From an uncultured Christensenellaceae bacterium (GTDB taxonomy: Bacteria; Bacillota; Clostridia; Christensenellales; CAG-138), in contig CABSAH010000002.1 of the NCBI GenBank assembly GCA_902475645.1, positions 1 through 35,690 of the forward strand: a stretch of 35,690 bases of DNA. Direction: 5' to 3'. Numbering within the stretch: the stretch's first letter is position 1; every line of letters begins with the position of its first letter. The position numbers were made by a program, and so were the translations under genes. Positions 34,997 through 35,690 of this stretch are shown here, piece after piece. The notes under the pieces were generated by a model, which was given only the letters and a program-made list of their open reading frames with translations, searched no databases and was not told the origin of the DNA.

Positions 34997-35025
34997 TTGT
35001 CCTTTCCCCTGCTTTCCAATATAAT
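34997..35025 (+). promoter_or_regulatory. Candidate promoter of the small element-borne gene
   Basis: TTGTCC (34997-35002), 17 nt, then TATAAT (35020-35025). Confidence 0.35.
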
Positions 35026-35051
35026 GAAGCTAAAGAAGTGGAGGTGTGCTT

Positions 35052-35231
35052 ATGAGAGAGAAATTTAATCATCTGTATTTGGATAGCCACGAAAGAAAAC
35101 TTTTGATACATAGCCTTGTAGAGTTAAAAAATCAGCTCATTCAGCAAGGCAGATATACGGATTGTGTTGACGAGCTTATTTTTAAGGTCATAAATGCACC
35201 GACCAAGAGAATGAAAATTGAATATGTCTAA
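35052..35231 (+). CDS. Small hypothetical protein (59 aa) at the element end
   Basis: The ATG lies 7 nt after GGAGG (35040-35044). The sequence is MREKFNHLYLDSHERKLLIHSLVELKNQLIQQGRYTDCVDELIFKVINAPTKRMKIEYV, which looks helical, and no family was recognised. It is flanked by its own promoter-like and terminator sequences. Confidence 0.5.
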   Translation: MREKFNHLYLDSHERKLLIHSLVELKNQLIQQGRYTDCVDELIFKVINAPTKRMKIEYV

Positions 35232-35244
35232 GGCAAATTACAAA

Positions 35245-35285
35245 GCCGCTTATTCTTATTGATTTTAAGAGTAGGCGGCTTTTTT
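35245..35285 (+). terminator. Strong rho-independent terminator
   Basis: gccgcttattctt (35245-35257) pairs with aagagtaggcggc (35267-35279): 13 bp with two G-U pairs and a 9-nt loop, followed by tttttt (35280-35285). Confidence 0.65.
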
Positions 35286-35307
35286 GCGTTCTCTGGTACT
35301 GTTTACA

Positions 35308-35330
35308 TAGCCACCTTGACAAAGTGGCTA
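35308..35330. promoter_or_regulatory. Inverted repeat upstream of parA (candidate operator)
   Basis: TAGCCAC (35308-35314) and GTGGCTA (35324-35330) are a perfect 7-bp inverted repeat around CTTGACAAA. They lie about 30 nt upstream of the parA RBS. Confidence 0.3.
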
Positions 35331-35356
35331 AATCTATGTGAAAGGAGGACGCATCT

Positions 35357-35690
35357 ATGTCAAATTGCAAAGTGATTGCTCTGACTAACCAGAAAGGCGG
35401 TGTCGGAAAAACAACCACAGCGGTCAATCTGGGTGTAAGTCTGGTGCAGCAGGGTAAAAAAGTCCTGCTGATTGATGCCGATGCACAGGCAAATCTCACG
35501 ATGGCTCTGGGTTATAACAGACCAGACGATATTCCCATAACGCTTTCTACTGTGATGCAGAACATCATAGACGATAAAACGCTTGATGTTTCACAGGGTA
35601 TTATCCACCACAGAGAGGGCGTTGACCTGCTTCCGTCAAACATTGAGCTGTCGGGCTTTGAGGTAAGGCTAATCAATGCAATGAGCCGTG
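35357..35690 (+). CDS. parA: ParA/Soj-family partition ATPase (5' part, runs off the right edge)
   Basis: Missing from the ORF track because there is no stop in the window. The ATG at 35357 follows AAAGGAGGA. My translation is [53 protein letters not shown]..., with the deviant Walker A KGGVGKTT. Confidence 0.85.
   Translation, partial: MSNCKVIALTNQKGGVGKTTTAVNLGVSLVQQGKKVLLIDADAQANLTMALGYNRPDDIPITLSTVMQNIIDDKTLDVSQGIIHHREGVDLLPSNIELSGFEVRLINAMSR

Larger units (their letters stand above)
34610..35690. mobile_element. Left end (partial) of an integrated element, probably an ICE or IME, inserted at the 3' end of rlmD
   Basis: GC drops abruptly, by eye from high-50s % to roughly 40-45 %, and codon choice changes (AGA, GGA, GTA, TTA, GCT instead of AGG, GGC, GTG, CTT, GCG). 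A parA gene follows. The right end and the recombinase are not in the window, and the exact boundary is unresolved (see findings). Confidence 0.55.

Overview
This 35.7 kb window looks like core chromosome of a spore-forming Clostridia-type Firmicute. I estimate mid-50s % GC by eye, and I cannot prove the exact lineage from the sequence. One partial membrane-protein gene sits on the minus strand at the left edge. All other genes (about 32) are on the + strand in tight arrays, often with ATGA/TGATG overlaps. In order they are: (1) a cell-wall precursor cluster of a GlmU-like protein, an alpha/beta hydrolase, a membrane-anchored MurF-like ligase and Ddl; (2) a SEC-C protein; (3) a 972-aa fusion of MBL/beta-CASP, beta-lactamase-like and GNAT domains; (4) an M50 protease; (5) scpA-scpB-ytfI-ytfJ-dacB-rluB; (6) a Na+-pumping oxaloacetate decarboxylase operon (oadG, separate biotin carrier, oadB, oadA); (7) two tandem paralogous OmpR/histidine-kinase systems, the second translationally coupled to a PflX-type radical SAM gene; (8) a structured 256-nt intergenic region; (9) a PBP-like membrane protein; (10) murB-rapZ-whiA-dnaE-pfkA-rlmD. 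The last ~1.1 kb is compositionally foreign. rlmD runs in frame into low-GC DNA, followed by a small autonomous gene and a parA gene, which I read as the left junction of an integrated conjugative or mobilisable element whose cargo lies outside the window. I saw no rRNA, tRNA, CRISPR array or recognisable defence system. Most of the window is ordinary housekeeping DNA. The items most worth a second look are the rlmD::element junction, the tri-domain fusion with a catalytically dead beta-lactamase fold, the Mur ligase whose UDP-binding domain is replaced by a polytopic membrane domain (next to a GlmU with an eroded uridyltransferase half), and the structured terminator-bearing region at 24.6-24.8 kb. 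All family assignments come from motif recognition by eye, with no database search.
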